Positions 1-10,021 of a stretch of 64,000 bases of DNA are shown here, piece by piece. Source of the DNA: a virus; the IMG/VR virus record IMGVR_UViG_3300017917_003859, positions 64,001 through 128,000 of that record; one strand, written 5' to 3'. Both the position numbers and the translations under genes were made by a program. Numbering within the stretch: the first letter of the stretch is position 1; the number at the start of each line of letters is the position of its first letter. The notes beneath the pieces are model-generated. The model made no database searches. It was not told the origin of the DNA and saw only the letters and a list, made by a program, of their open reading frames with translations.

Positions 1-1
1 A

Positions 2-457
2 TTACGTGTTGAACAAAAATTAAATCAATCAACTCGTGATAACCTTTACAACGGTAAAGTAAATCCAATTGCTACATTCCCTGGACAAGGTATTGTAGTA
101 TATGGTCAGAAAACATTACAACAAAAACCTTCTGCTCTTGACCGTGTAAATGTTCGTCGTTTATTAATTTCTCTTAAGTCTTATATTTCTCAAGTAGCAA
201 ATAACTTAGTATTTGAACAAAATACAATTGCTACAAGAAATAGCTTCTTAAGCCAAGTTAATCCATACTTATCTTCAGTACAACAAAGACAAGGTTTATA
301 TGCGTTTAAAGTTGTAATGGATGATACTAACAATACAGCAGACGTAATTGATAGAAATCAAATGATAGGTCAAATTTACGTTCAACCTACTAAAACTGCT
401 GAATTTATCTACCTAGATTTCATCATTACTCCAACTGGCGCTACATTCCCAGCATAA
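2..457 (+). CDS. Contractile tail sheath protein, C-terminal part (truncated at window edge)
   Basis: Not in ORF track. Frame 2 reads LRVEQKLNQSTRDNLYNGKVNPIATFPGQGIVVYGQKTLQQKPSALDRVNVRRL...FEQN...QPTKTAEFIYLDF, the typical T4 gp18-like sheath C-terminus; TAA at 455-457. Confidence 0.93.
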   Translation, partial: LRVEQKLNQSTRDNLYNGKVNPIATFPGQGIVVYGQKTLQQKPSALDRVNVRRLLISLKSYISQVANNLVFEQNTIATRNSFLSQVNPYLSSVQQRQGLYAFKVVMDDTNNTADVIDRNQMIGQIYVQPTKTAEFIYLDFIITPTGATFPA

Positions 458-467
458 TAATTTAATT

Positions 468-501
468 AATCTTCCCTCTGAAAAATGAGGGAAGATTTTT
501 T
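468..501 (+). terminator. Intrinsic terminator after sheath gene
   Basis: AATCTTCCCTC-tgaaaaat-GAGGGAAGATT followed by T run. Confidence 0.8.
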
Positions 502-508
502 AAAACAT

Positions 509-518
509 AATATGTATA
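509..518 (+). promoter_or_regulatory. Putative late-promoter motif AATATGTATA
   Basis: Same (A/G/T)ATAT(T/G)TAT(A/T) motif recurs upstream of other structural and leader-bearing genes. Confidence 0.5.
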
Positions 519-551
519 ACAAAATAATAACACAACTAAATTAAATATAAA

Positions 552-1040
552 ATGGCAGTATTATCACCAAACGAAATATTTTTTACAGCATTTGAACCTA
601 AAGTAAAAAACAGGTTTATTATGTATGTAGATGGAATCCCTTCATATATGATTAAATCAATTTCTGGAGTATCAGTAGATATGGGAGAAATAGTTTTAAA
701 TCATATTAACATTTATCGTAAAATTAAAGGTAAAGCAAAATGGAGTGATTTAACTATGACTTTATTTGATCCAATTACTCCTTCTGGTGCTCAAGCAACA
801 ATGGAATGGGTTCGTTTACATCATGAATCTGTAACTGGTCGTGATGGTTATTCTGATTTTTATAAAAAAGATGTAACTATTAACGTATTAGGCCCTGTAG
901 GTGATATAGTGTCAGAATGGATCGTTAAAGGAGCATTCATTAAATCATCTAATTTTGGTGATTTTAATTGGGATACCGATGCTGAAGCTCAAAGTATTGA
1001 AGTAGTGTTAGGTATGGATTATATGATCTTAAATTACTAA
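552..1040 (+). CDS. Tail tube protein (T4 gp19-like)
   Basis: Follows sheath; 162 aa with 'YKKDVTINVLGPVGDIVSEWIVKGAF' tube-type motif. Confidence 0.88.
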   Translation: MAVLSPNEIFFTAFEPKVKNRFIMYVDGIPSYMIKSISGVSVDMGEIVLNHINIYRKIKGKAKWSDLTMTLFDPITPSGAQATMEWVRLHHESVTGRDGYSDFYKKDVTINVLGPVGDIVSEWIVKGAFIKSSNFGDFNWDTDAEAQSIEVVLGMDYMILNY

Positions 1041-1061
1041 GATTTTAATAAAAATAAAATT

Positions 1062-1088
1062 AAGCTTGTCTTTCGACAAGCTTTTTTT
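1062..1088 (+). terminator. Intrinsic terminator after tube gene
   Basis: AAGCTTGTC-tttc-GACAAGCTT followed by TTTTT. Confidence 0.85.
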
Positions 1089-1133
1089 ATCTTACAATAG
1101 TTATAATAAACATTAAGTTATTAAATAAAAATT

Positions 1134-1889
1134 ATGGAACAAGTTACAAATCAAGAAACACCCAAATTTAATTTTCCAACAGAAACTGTTGAATTACCTT
1201 CAAAAGGATTACTATATCCTAAAGACAATCCTCTTTCAAAAGGTACAATCGAAATTAGATATATGACTGCTGCTCATGAAGATATTTTATCAAACCAAAC
1301 ATACATCCAGAAAGGAACAGTACTTGATAAATTAATGCAAGCTTTAATTGTATCTCCTATTAATTATGATGATTTAATTGTTGGAGATAAAAATGCAATT
1401 ATGGTTGCTTCACGTGTTTTAGGTTATGGTAAAAATTATACTTTTACTTATAATGGACAAGAGGAAACTATTGATTTAAGTACTCTTGATAATAAACCAT
1501 TTGATACATCATTGATTACCCCTGGTATAAACGAATTTAATTTTACTTTACCTAATTCAGGAATAGTGGTTACTTTTAAAATTTTAACTCATGCTGATGA
1601 GAAAAAAATAGACAATGAACTAGAAGGATTGAAAAAAATAAAAAAAGATTCATCCCCCGAATTATCAACTCGTTTAAAATATATTATCACTTCAGTAAAT
1701 GGGGATCGAACAGTCAAAACTATTCGAGATTTTGTCGATAATCATCTATTAGCTGTAGATTCTCGAGCATTAAGAGAATATATCAAAAAAGTTCAACCAG
1801 ATGTTGATCTAACTTTTTTTCCCGACGGGAGTGAAAAAGCAGTTAACATTCCAATTGGACTTAACTTTTTTTGGCCTGACTATAACTAA
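1134..1889 (+). CDS. Tail assembly chaperone / baseplate hub assembly protein (T4 gp26-like)
   Basis: 'VELPSKG..Y', 'IRYMTAAHEDIL', ends 'FFWP'; lies between tube and tape measure genes. Confidence 0.7.
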   Translation: MEQVTNQETPKFNFPTETVELPSKGLLYPKDNPLSKGTIEIRYMTAAHEDILSNQTYIQKGTVLDKLMQALIVSPINYDDLIVGDKNAIMVASRVLGYGKNYTFTYNGQEETIDLSTLDNKPFDTSLITPGINEFNFTLPNSGIVVTFKILTHADEKKIDNELEGLKKIKKDSSPELSTRLKYIITSVNGDRTVKTIRDFVDNHLLAVDSRALREYIKKVQPDVDLTFFPDGSEKAVNIPIGLNFFWPDYN

Positions 1890-2199
1890 CGCTGCCGAAT
1901 TTAGACTATATTTATTTAATCAAATTCATCAAATAGTATTTCATGGTAAAGGTGGATATGACTGGAATACAGTCTATAATATGCCTATTTGGTTAAGAAA
2001 ATATACCTTCAATGAAATCAAAAAATATTATGATGATGAAAAAGAGGCATATGAAAATAAATCTAATAAAAATTCTGTTATAGGAACAGATGGGTTAGTT
2101 AAAGATAGAAGTGTATTTGAAAATCAACAAGTACCACAAAAACAACCAAAAATTTCTAAACCGGGTATAACACCTAAAAAACCTGTTAGCTACAAGTAA
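1831..2199 (+). CDS. T4 gp51-like / chaperone C-terminal extension, probably made by frameshift from the upstream ORF
   Basis: 'YNMPIWLRKY' motif; only a GTG start, overlapping the upstream ORF across a T7 run at 1866-1872. Confidence 0.6.
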   Translation: MKKQLTFQLDLTFFGLTITNAAEFRLYLFNQIHQIVFHGKGGYDWNTVYNMPIWLRKYTFNEIKKYYDDEKEAYENKSNKNSVIGTDGLVKDRSVFENQQVPQKQPKISKPGITPKKPVSYK

Positions 2200-2212
2200 T
2201 TCTTGTAGCTTT
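2188..2212 (+). terminator. Hairpin / putative terminator
   Basis: AGCTACAAG-taatt-CTTGTAGCT then TT. Confidence 0.6.
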
Positions 2213-2243
2213 CAATATTTATTATAGATAAATAATTTATAGA

Positions 2244-4562
2244 ATGGCAGAAGATCCAAAGAAAAAAGCTGATGAAACTAAAAAATCATTAGAAGAAATT
2301 AGTGAAATCACTGGTGCTTTAGAAGATGGTTTTAGATCTCTTACTAGTAGACTCTCAGACATAGTTGAGGAAATTAAAGAAGGCACTTCTGAAGCAAATT
2401 CTTTTAATTTAGCTTACAAAGATATAAATAGATCTGTAAAATCATTAAGTAAAATTACAGAAGACTTAATTAAGAATCAGGTAAAAATAAATGAAAAGTC
2501 TATAACTTCTAAAAGTATTCAAGATCAAATTAATAAAAAAATTGCCGAGCAACAAATTTTAACTACTAGGATAGGAAGTCTCCAAAAACAATTGGCCGAT
2601 GATGCTAGTATGAGTGAAGATGAAAGGATTGAAAAAGAAAAATTAATCCTTCAACTTCAAAAGAATTTTAATGAATTATCATTTAATGCTATAGAACCTC
2701 TTCAAAAACAAAAAGAAGAAATTGAAGCTATAGAAGAATCATTAAGGAAAGCAGATAAAGAATTAGGAGTATTTGCCGGAGTTTTAAAAGGAATAGGTAA
2801 GATTCCAATAGTAGGAGATTTAGTTGATACTAAAAAAGCTTTAGAAGCAGCTAGAGAAGCAACTGATAAAACAGGTAGTGGTTTAAAAGGTTTAGGAGCA
2901 GGATTATCTAATTTAAAAGGACAAGTATTTCAAAGTCTTACCAATCCAGCAAATGTTGCTTTATTTGTATTTACTCAATTAGGAAAAACATTTTTAGATT
3001 TAGATAAAGGTATTGGTGAATTTGCTAAAGGAATGAATATGAGTTATCGAGAAGCGGCTAATCTCGATAAAGAATTCAACAGCATAGCTAATTCATCCGG
3101 TGATATAGCTGTTACTACTAAAGGTATTAGAGAAACAATGCTTACTATGGGTAAGATAATGGGTTCTAATGCTATATTAAATGAAAAAGATGCTGTTACC
3201 TTTACTCAATTAAGAGAAAAAGCAGGATTAGCTAATGAAGAATTAGCTCAAATGGAAAAATTAACTCTAGCTACTGGAGGTAATTTGGAAGATAATGTTT
3301 CTAGCATGTTATATGCTGCTAAAACCACTGCTCTTAATAATGGTGTATTATTAAATGAAAAACAAATAATGCAAGAAGTAGCTAAAGCATCCTCAGCCAC
3401 TAAATTATCATTAGCTGGAAATCCTGAAGCATTAGCTAAAGCTGCTGCTCAAGCTAAAGCTTTAGGTATGTCTTTAGAGCAAGTTGATAAAATAGCAAGC
3501 GGTTTGCTTGAAATAGAATCTTCAATTTCTAATGAATTAGAAGCTGAATTATTAACTGGTAAAAATTTAAATTTAGAACAAGCTCGTCTATATGCATTAA
3601 ATAATGATATGGAGGGGTTATCTAAAGAAATAGCTAAAAACTTTGGTAGTGCTGCTGATTTTTCTAAGATGAATCGTATCCAACAAGAAGCTGCTGCTAA
3701 AGCTGTAGGGATGACTCGTGAAGAATTAGCTGCTACCTTAACAGATCAAGCAGCATTAAAAGGATTATCTGGGGAACAAGCTAAAAACGCTAAAGCTGCT
3801 TTGGATGCCGCTAGAGCAAGAGGGATGAGTGAAGAAGAAATTAAAAAACAAGGTATAGATGGATTAATGGCTCAACAATCTATGCAAGAACGCTTTAATA
3901 ATTCTGTTGAAAAATTAAAAGAAATATTTACCTCCTTACTAGAACCACTAATACCAGTATTTGATATATTCTCAGATATCTTTAATCTTGTAGGGCCTAT
4001 AATTAAATTATTAGGTAGTGTTTTAGTTCCTATAATAAAATTAATATCTGCAATATTAATGCCTGTAGTAGAAGGTTTAAAATGGGTATTTACTTTAGGC
4101 AGTAGTGGATTTGAAGGTACTAAAAAATCATGGAGTGGTTTAGGAAGCATGTTTACTGGAAATGATATAATATCACCAGGCTATGGTAAACGTACATTAA
4201 TGGGTCCTGAAGGCGCAATAGCACTAAATGATAAAGATACCGTAATAGCCGGAACAGATTTATTTAAAGGTAATGATACTATATCTGAACCCGGAGGAGG
4301 AACAACATTAAAACCTGCAGGTAGTCTTCAAGCTTCACCTTCAATAAGAGAAACAACATTAAAACCTGCAGGTAGTCTTCAAGCTTCACCTTCAATTGAT
4401 TACACAGCATTAGCAAACGCAATAGTATCTGCATTAGCGACATCCCCAATGAATGTAAATGTTAAAGGTGAAGTTGACGGTAAAACTTTAATCAATTTTA
4501 TAGAAAATAACGCTACCGCTGTAGGAACTGCTCAAGCTAAAGGTACTTCTAAGATTCAATAA
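2244..4562 (+). CDS. Tape measure protein
   Basis: 772 aa, Ala/Leu/Glu/Lys-rich helical protein with hydrophobic C-terminal stretch; canonical position after chaperones. Confidence 0.82.
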   Translation: MAEDPKKKADETKKSLEEISEITGALEDGFRSLTSRLSDIVEEIKEGTSEANSFNLAYKDINRSVKSLSKITEDLIKNQVKINEKSITSKSIQDQINKKIAEQQILTTRIGSLQKQLADDASMSEDERIEKEKLILQLQKNFNELSFNAIEPLQKQKEEIEAIEESLRKADKELGVFAGVLKGIGKIPIVGDLVDTKKALEAAREATDKTGSGLKGLGAGLSNLKGQVFQSLTNPANVALFVFTQLGKTFLDLDKGIGEFAKGMNMSYREAANLDKEFNSIANSSGDIAVTTKGIRETMLTMGKIMGSNAILNEKDAVTFTQLREKAGLANEELAQMEKLTLATGGNLEDNVSSMLYAAKTTALNNGVLLNEKQIMQEVAKASSATKLSLAGNPEALAKAAAQAKALGMSLEQVDKIASGLLEIESSISNELEAELLTGKNLNLEQARLYALNNDMEGLSKEIAKNFGSAADFSKMNRIQQEAAAKAVGMTREELAATLTDQAALKGLSGEQAKNAKAALDAARARGMSEEEIKKQGIDGLMAQQSMQERFNNSVEKLKEIFTSLLEPLIPVFDIFSDIFNLVGPIIKLLGSVLVPIIKLISAILMPVVEGLKWVFTLGSSGFEGTKKSWSGLGSMFTGNDIISPGYGKRTLMGPEGAIALNDKDTVIAGTDLFKGNDTISEPGGGTTLKPAGSLQASPSIRETTLKPAGSLQASPSIDYTALANAIVSALATSPMNVNVKGEVDGKTLINFIENNATAVGTAQAKGTSKIQ
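4301..4396 (+). repeat. Perfect 45-bp direct repeat (period 51 bp) in tape measure gene
   Basis: aacaacattaaaacctgcaggtagtcttcaagcttcaccttcaat at 4301-4345 and 4352-4396; TTLKPAGSLQASPSI twice. Confidence 0.97.
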
Positions 4563-4596
4563 TATTTATAATAAATTAATTTAAATTAAAAATACC

Positions 4597-4854
4597 ATGG
4601 GACTATTAGATAAACTAACACTTCAAGGATCTCCATTATCAATTGCAAATGGAGGATCAGTAGCAACTAACCCGTTAGCTACAGCTCAATCTAAAATGCA
4701 TGATGAATATTCACTTAACGGAAGTAATGCTTCATTAGTTAATTCACAATATCAACAATACAAAGATGGCGCAGTTAATATTTTACCTCCACCATCATTA
4801 TTAGATTTAGACGGGATAACACCATCAAAATATACAGATAACTTGCCTCAATAA
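4597..4854 (+). CDS. Hypothetical protein, likely virion
   Basis: ORF in tail module, preceded by AATATTTATA at 4561. Confidence 0.6.
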   Translation: MGLLDKLTLQGSPLSIANGGSVATNPLATAQSKMHDEYSLNGSNASLVNSQYQQYKDGAVNILPPPSLLDLDGITPSKYTDNLPQ

Positions 4855-6812
4855 TGGGATTATTATCTCTCAAAACCAATCTTAAATCTCTTAAGTTTGG
4901 TAATGATCAAGCTGGAGGAGGATCTAGTAATCAACCATACATCCAAACACCCCTTACAGCTAATCTACCACCATCCTTAGATTTTCTCACTAGTGATTTT
5001 CTATTGAGGGGGGGCCCTATTGGGGCTCCAATATCTACAACTAACGATATTGTTAGATTAACTAAATATTTTACTGATCCTAAATCACCTTCTGGATTAT
5101 TATTTGCTTTAAAACAAAATTTATTATCTAGAACAGCAGTTCGCACTCAAGCTAGCGGTAAATTAGTTAATGAAGGTATTTATACACCTTTATCTACTTT
5201 AGCTCAAGCTAGTGTATCTGCTTTTGGTTTTCATTTTAATAAACAAGGATTAAATCCTATTCCTAATACTCCTGGATCTTTACGTACATATGAAGATGTT
5301 GTTAGTGGTCCTACAATTAATGTTGGGAATCTTAATTTAGGAACTAATATATCATTTTTAAATGTTACTCCTAATAGACTAGTTGATTTATATAAAGTAA
5401 AACAAGATAAAACAACCAATACAGTTACTTCTAATGGAATAATTATTTCTCAATTAGATACTGTTAATATATTGAGATATCAAGGTGGACCTGGTTCCAT
5501 TTTAGGTATTGGAACAACCAACATTAAATTTGCAGATCAAAGAACAGGTTTAAATAATCCTTTATATAAAAATGAAAATACAAGAAATGCATTTTTAAGA
5601 GGAGGAGTTCCTAATCCCCAAACTAAACCATTAGAAAAAACAATAGAAAAAACTCGTACTGCTCCTTATGCCAAAACTACATTATCTGGAAAGTATGCTG
5701 AATCTATCTACAATATAAATGAGGCTGATTATAATAAAATAAGCCAAGAAGGTGCATATAATGCCGGAATACCGGTTGATCAATTGTTAGATAGCTCTAA
5801 TAAAGATAATTATAGAGTTACTTTTAACCCAAGTGTATATACTTCAGGTTCAATTTTTGAACCTAACACTGAAAAAACTAATGAAAACAATACAATTACT
5901 TATAATCAACAAGATTTTTCATTAGCTGAAAGTTATAGATCAAATACTCAAAATTTAGTAGATTTTAGAGCTAAACTAAGAAAATCTTTTGATGAATCTA
6001 TAACAACTGAACAAGACCAGAAAGCTTTTAATGTATTAAGTAATTCTCCAAATTATAATACAAATAAAATTGAAACTAGAATAAACTTAGGAGATCCTGG
6101 AAATCCATTTGGTAAAAATTTATCTTCATATTCTACAGGCATTGGAAATGGAGCTGCTTCTAATAATTCATACGATAAAATAACTTCTTTACCTTTATAT
6201 AGAAGTAGTGGAGTTGATAATAATAAATCTATAAATGATTTAATTAAATTTAGAATAGCAGCAATTGATAATGATGATCCAACCCAGAAAGTATATATAC
6301 ATTTTAGAGCATTTTTAAATAGCATTAGTGATAATTATAATGCAGATTGGAATCCTTCTAAATATGTTGGAAGAGGTGAAAATTTTTATAATTATAGTGG
6401 ATTTGATAGAAAAATTTCATTATCATTTACTGTAGCTGCTCAATCTAAAGTTGAATTAATCCCAATGTATAAAAAATTAAATTACTTAGCATCAAATTTA
6501 GCCCCCGATTATAGTGGAGTAGGGTATATGAGAGGCCCTTTAGTTACATTAACTGTAGGAGGTTATTTATACGAACAACCCGGATTTATTACTGAATTAT
6601 CATTTGAAATGAGCGAAGAAACACCTTGGGAAATAGGAATAAATGAAGAAGGAGATTCGGATCCTAATGTAAAACAATTATCACATATTATAAAAGTATC
6701 TAGTTTTAACTTCACCCCAATCCATACTTTTATTCCTAGAAAAGCTCAGTGGAATAATTTAGGAAAAACTCCATTTATTGCTCTAACTAATGGTGCTAAC
6801 ACTAATTATTAA
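4854..6812 (+). CDS. Baseplate / tail tube initiator protein
   Basis: C-terminal 'FRAFLNSISDNYNADW...GRGENFYNYSGFDRKISLSF...P' resembles contractile-system tube-initiator domains; position after tape measure. Confidence 0.62.
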   Translation: MGLLSLKTNLKSLKFGNDQAGGGSSNQPYIQTPLTANLPPSLDFLTSDFLLRGGPIGAPISTTNDIVRLTKYFTDPKSPSGLLFALKQNLLSRTAVRTQASGKLVNEGIYTPLSTLAQASVSAFGFHFNKQGLNPIPNTPGSLRTYEDVVSGPTINVGNLNLGTNISFLNVTPNRLVDLYKVKQDKTTNTVTSNGIIISQLDTVNILRYQGGPGSILGIGTTNIKFADQRTGLNNPLYKNENTRNAFLRGGVPNPQTKPLEKTIEKTRTAPYAKTTLSGKYAESIYNINEADYNKISQEGAYNAGIPVDQLLDSSNKDNYRVTFNPSVYTSGSIFEPNTEKTNENNTITYNQQDFSLAESYRSNTQNLVDFRAKLRKSFDESITTEQDQKAFNVLSNSPNYNTNKIETRINLGDPGNPFGKNLSSYSTGIGNGAASNNSYDKITSLPLYRSSGVDNNKSINDLIKFRIAAIDNDDPTQKVYIHFRAFLNSISDNYNADWNPSKYVGRGENFYNYSGFDRKISLSFTVAAQSKVELIPMYKKLNYLASNLAPDYSGVGYMRGPLVTLTVGGYLYEQPGFITELSFEMSEETPWEIGINEEGDSDPNVKQLSHIIKVSSFNFTPIHTFIPRKAQWNNLGKTPFIALTNGANTNY

Positions 6813-6814
6813 TA

Positions 6815-7111
6815 ATGAATCGTTACCAAAACATACCTACTATAAAAATAGATAAAAAACCTGTTTATAGAACAGTTAAATATCCTGAAATTCCATTAGA
6901 TGAAAATGATATTTATGTTACTACTGTTCAAGGAGATAGATTTGATGTGTTAGCTTTACAATATTATCAAGATGAATCATTATGGTGGATTATATCTATT
7001 GCTAATGATTCTTTACCTCAAAATTCATTAATAATACCTGAAGGCATCCAATTAAGAATCCCAGCAAATACTGCTGTTATTATACAAAATTATAATATAT
7101 TAAATTCATAA
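6815..7111 (+). CDS. LysM / tail protein X-like baseplate protein
   Basis: 'TVQGDRFDVLALQYYQDESLWWIISIAN...G.QLRIP'. Confidence 0.85.
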   Translation: MNRYQNIPTIKIDKKPVYRTVKYPEIPLDENDIYVTTVQGDRFDVLALQYYQDESLWWIISIANDSLPQNSLIIPEGIQLRIPANTAVIIQNYNILNS

Positions 7112-7114
7112 GTT

Positions 7115-10021
7115 ATGGCAAATATAGTAGGAGAACCATTTGATGATTATGTATCAAAACAAATAATAGATCGTCAAAAAATTCATGGTCAAGGATTTTC
7201 CCAAAATCGAGATAATTTTACTTTATCATACCTTAATTCTAAAACGAGTTGGATTAAATTATCATCTGGGGTAGCTATAGGTGTTGGAATTGGAGAATAT
7301 GAAGAAGCAAAAGAAAAATTAAAAAAAATAGGATTAGATAGTAATCCTTCATTTTACGGTCCTGACCCATCTGATATCAAAAATGGTAAAGTTACAGGAT
7401 TATCTAATTTTTTTGTTTTATTTAATGGTACTTCTGATAATTCAGGAACTTTATATGAAGGAATAGATATAGTTAATGGTAAAAATCCTAATCAATTTTT
7501 AGGGCAAAGTATTCTTAATAAAGTAGCATATGGTATTGGAGGAACAGAATTCGGATTAACCCCAATGCCTGGTATAACTTCAGCAGATACTAAATTTAGA
7601 AATAGAGGCTCAATTAGAGAAGGTACAGTAAACATTAAAGCATATAATCGAACTCAATTAGAAATTATTGATTTGCTTTATTTACGTTTAGGTTTTCCTA
7701 TGTTACTTGAATGGGGTCATTCTGTGATAGTAGATGAAAATGGTAATATAAATACCAAACCTGATTTTAGTATATCTAAAGAATTTTTAAGTTTAAAATA
7801 TAATACTGATAATGAAGTCTTAGCAGCATTAGAAACTCAAAGAAAAAAATCAGCAGGAAATTATGATGGAATGTATGGTAGAGTTGTAAATTTTGATTGG
7901 TCATTTAATAAAGATGGTTCATATGATATTACTTTAAAATTAATTAGTATAGGAGCAGTTATTGAATCACTTAAAGCAAATGTTTATATTAAAGATAACA
8001 TTTCTAAATCCGACCCTCCAAAAACAGATGAACAAACTCCTACCCCAGAATCTGATGCTGATTGGATAACAGCTTCTAAATATTCTCATACTATAGGAAA
8101 TTTCTTTTTTCAATTTTTTAAAAAAGAACCAAAACTACAAGATAAAGGAATATTTTATTGCAATATAGATGATATAGCACCCATAAGAGGAGGAACTAAT
8201 AAAGACTTTATATGGAGTTCAGAATTAAACAAATACTATATTAGACTAGGAGCATTTTGGAGTTTACTTCAACAAATAGTTCCTATAAAATTAGATGGAA
8301 AAAAAGAAGAAACTCCTATTATATATTTTTTACCTAGTGGAGTAGAAGATAACCCAGCATATACTGAAGAATACCAGATATCTTCTAATCCTAATGTGTG
8401 TTTGATAGGAAATTTTAAAATTAAATTAGATTATATTTTAAATCAACCAACGTATACTATTCTTCCTCAATTACGTTCATTTAAAGATACTACAGATGAT
8501 GGAATATTAAAAGGAAAAATTGAAAATATATATATTAATACTACATTAATTTTACAAAGTTTAGATAATAATAAAGATGAAAATGGAGATGTAAAGTTAT
8601 TTGATTTTATTCAAAGTATTTTAGATTCAATAAATGTTGCTTTAGGGGGAATCAATAAATTAACTTTAATAGTAGATGAAAATAATAATAATGCCAAAAT
8701 AATTGATGAAACCCCTGTTAAAGGATTACCTAAACAAACTAAACCTGAACCTCCAATATTCAATATTTTTGGATATTATAAAAATAAAACATCTGCTGGG
8801 TTTATTAAAGATTTTTCTTTAAAAACAGAAATAACTAACAATTTAGCTTCTATGTTAACTGTAGGAGCTACTGCTAATAAATCTGTAGTTGGTGAAGACG
8901 CTACTGCTTTTTCTAAATGGAATAAAGGCTTAACACCAATAATTGGAGATAAAATATATTATCCTAATGACGCAGCATCAAAACTTACCCCATCACGAGC
9001 TATTGCTCAATTTCAAAAAGAAAACCAACAAATAATTGATCAATATAAAAAATGGATAAGCAATCAAGAAATCGCAGGCCCTGATAATACTAGTATTAAT
9101 GTAGGTGGAGGCTCTACTCCTTTCCAATCCATAAAATCAGAAGATTTAAATAATTATATTGATACTGTTAAAAATTTTATAAATTTTAACAAAGAATATA
9201 ATCTAAAAAGCCCATTTAACAAAAATAAAACAACTGCAACTAGTAGTAAAGGATTTCTTCCAATTAATTTTTCTTTAACAATGGATGGATTATCTGGTAT
9301 AAAAATTTATCAACAAATAATAACTGATACTTCTTATTTACCATCAAACTACCCTACATCTTTAAAATTTATTATTAAAGGAGTATCCCACAAAATTGAT
9401 AGTAGTGGTTGGTTAACAACAATTGAAACAGTTTCTGTTCCTGTTATAGATGCTATAAAAAATATTTCATCCACGTCAACTACTTCTACACCATCATCAA
9501 CAACAGCACCAGCTCCTGCAGATAGAGCAGAATCTAGAAATAATCCAAATGCCGAGAATTTAAGAAAGACTTTATCTCAATTAGGATATAAAGAAAAAGG
9601 TAAAGAAATAGATAGTGGTGGAGTAGATATTAGTAATTCTATAGAAAAAGCAGCATCTGCTATATTAAAAACTATAAAACAAGAATTACCATCAGTACAA
9701 GTAACTGTAACTGGAGGTAATGATAATTATCATCAAAATTTAAATTATAATTCTAGACATAAAGCTGGAAACGCGGTTGATTTAACTGTAACTCCTAATG
9801 ATCCTGTTACTTTAGATAAAATAGTAAATATACTACAACGATATGCTGCAGGTAATGCTCCAAATTTTAGGTTTATAGATGAATATAGAAATTTAACTAA
9901 GGCTGGAACAGGTAATCATTTTCATTTATCTTGGGGAGCAGGTACTGAATCACAAAATGAATTAAATAAATCTTTAAAACTTGCCCAACAAGGAAAAATT
10001 ACACCTATTAAAATAGCATAA
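7115..10021 (+). CDS. Baseplate hub protein with C-terminal M15-type (LAS) Zn peptidase
   Basis: Hub-like body ending 'IKGVSHKIDSSGWLTTIE', Ser/Thr/Pro linker, then 'SRHKAGNAVD...HFHLS' (H-x6-D...HxH). Confidence 0.68.
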   Translation: MANIVGEPFDDYVSKQIIDRQKIHGQGFSQNRDNFTLSYLNSKTSWIKLSSGVAIGVGIGEYEEAKEKLKKIGLDSNPSFYGPDPSDIKNGKVTGLSNFFVLFNGTSDNSGTLYEGIDIVNGKNPNQFLGQSILNKVAYGIGGTEFGLTPMPGITSADTKFRNRGSIREGTVNIKAYNRTQLEIIDLLYLRLGFPMLLEWGHSVIVDENGNINTKPDFSISKEFLSLKYNTDNEVLAALETQRKKSAGNYDGMYGRVVNFDWSFNKDGSYDITLKLISIGAVIESLKANVYIKDNISKSDPPKTDEQTPTPESDADWITASKYSHTIGNFFFQFFKKEPKLQDKGIFYCNIDDIAPIRGGTNKDFIWSSELNKYYIRLGAFWSLLQQIVPIKLDGKKEETPIIYFLPSGVEDNPAYTEEYQISSNPNVCLIGNFKIKLDYILNQPTYTILPQLRSFKDTTDDGILKGKIENIYINTTLILQSLDNNKDENGDVKLFDFIQSILDSINVALGGINKLTLIVDENNNNAKIIDETPVKGLPKQTKPEPPIFNIFGYYKNKTSAGFIKDFSLKTEITNNLASMLTVGATANKSVVGEDATAFSKWNKGLTPIIGDKIYYPNDAASKLTPSRAIAQFQKENQQIIDQYKKWISNQEIAGPDNTSINVGGGSTPFQSIKSEDLNNYIDTVKNFINFNKEYNLKSPFNKNKTTATSSKGFLPINFSLTMDGLSGIKIYQQIITDTSYLPSNYPTSLKFIIKGVSHKIDSSGWLTTIETVSVPVIDAIKNISSTSTTSTPSSTTAPAPADRAESRNNPNAENLRKTLSQLGYKEKGKEIDSGGVDISNSIEKAASAILKTIKQELPSVQVTVTGGNDNYHQNLNYNSRHKAGNAVDLTVTPNDPVTLDKIVNILQRYAAGNAPNFRFIDEYRNLTKAGTGNHFHLSWGAGTESQNELNKSLKLAQQGKITPIKIA

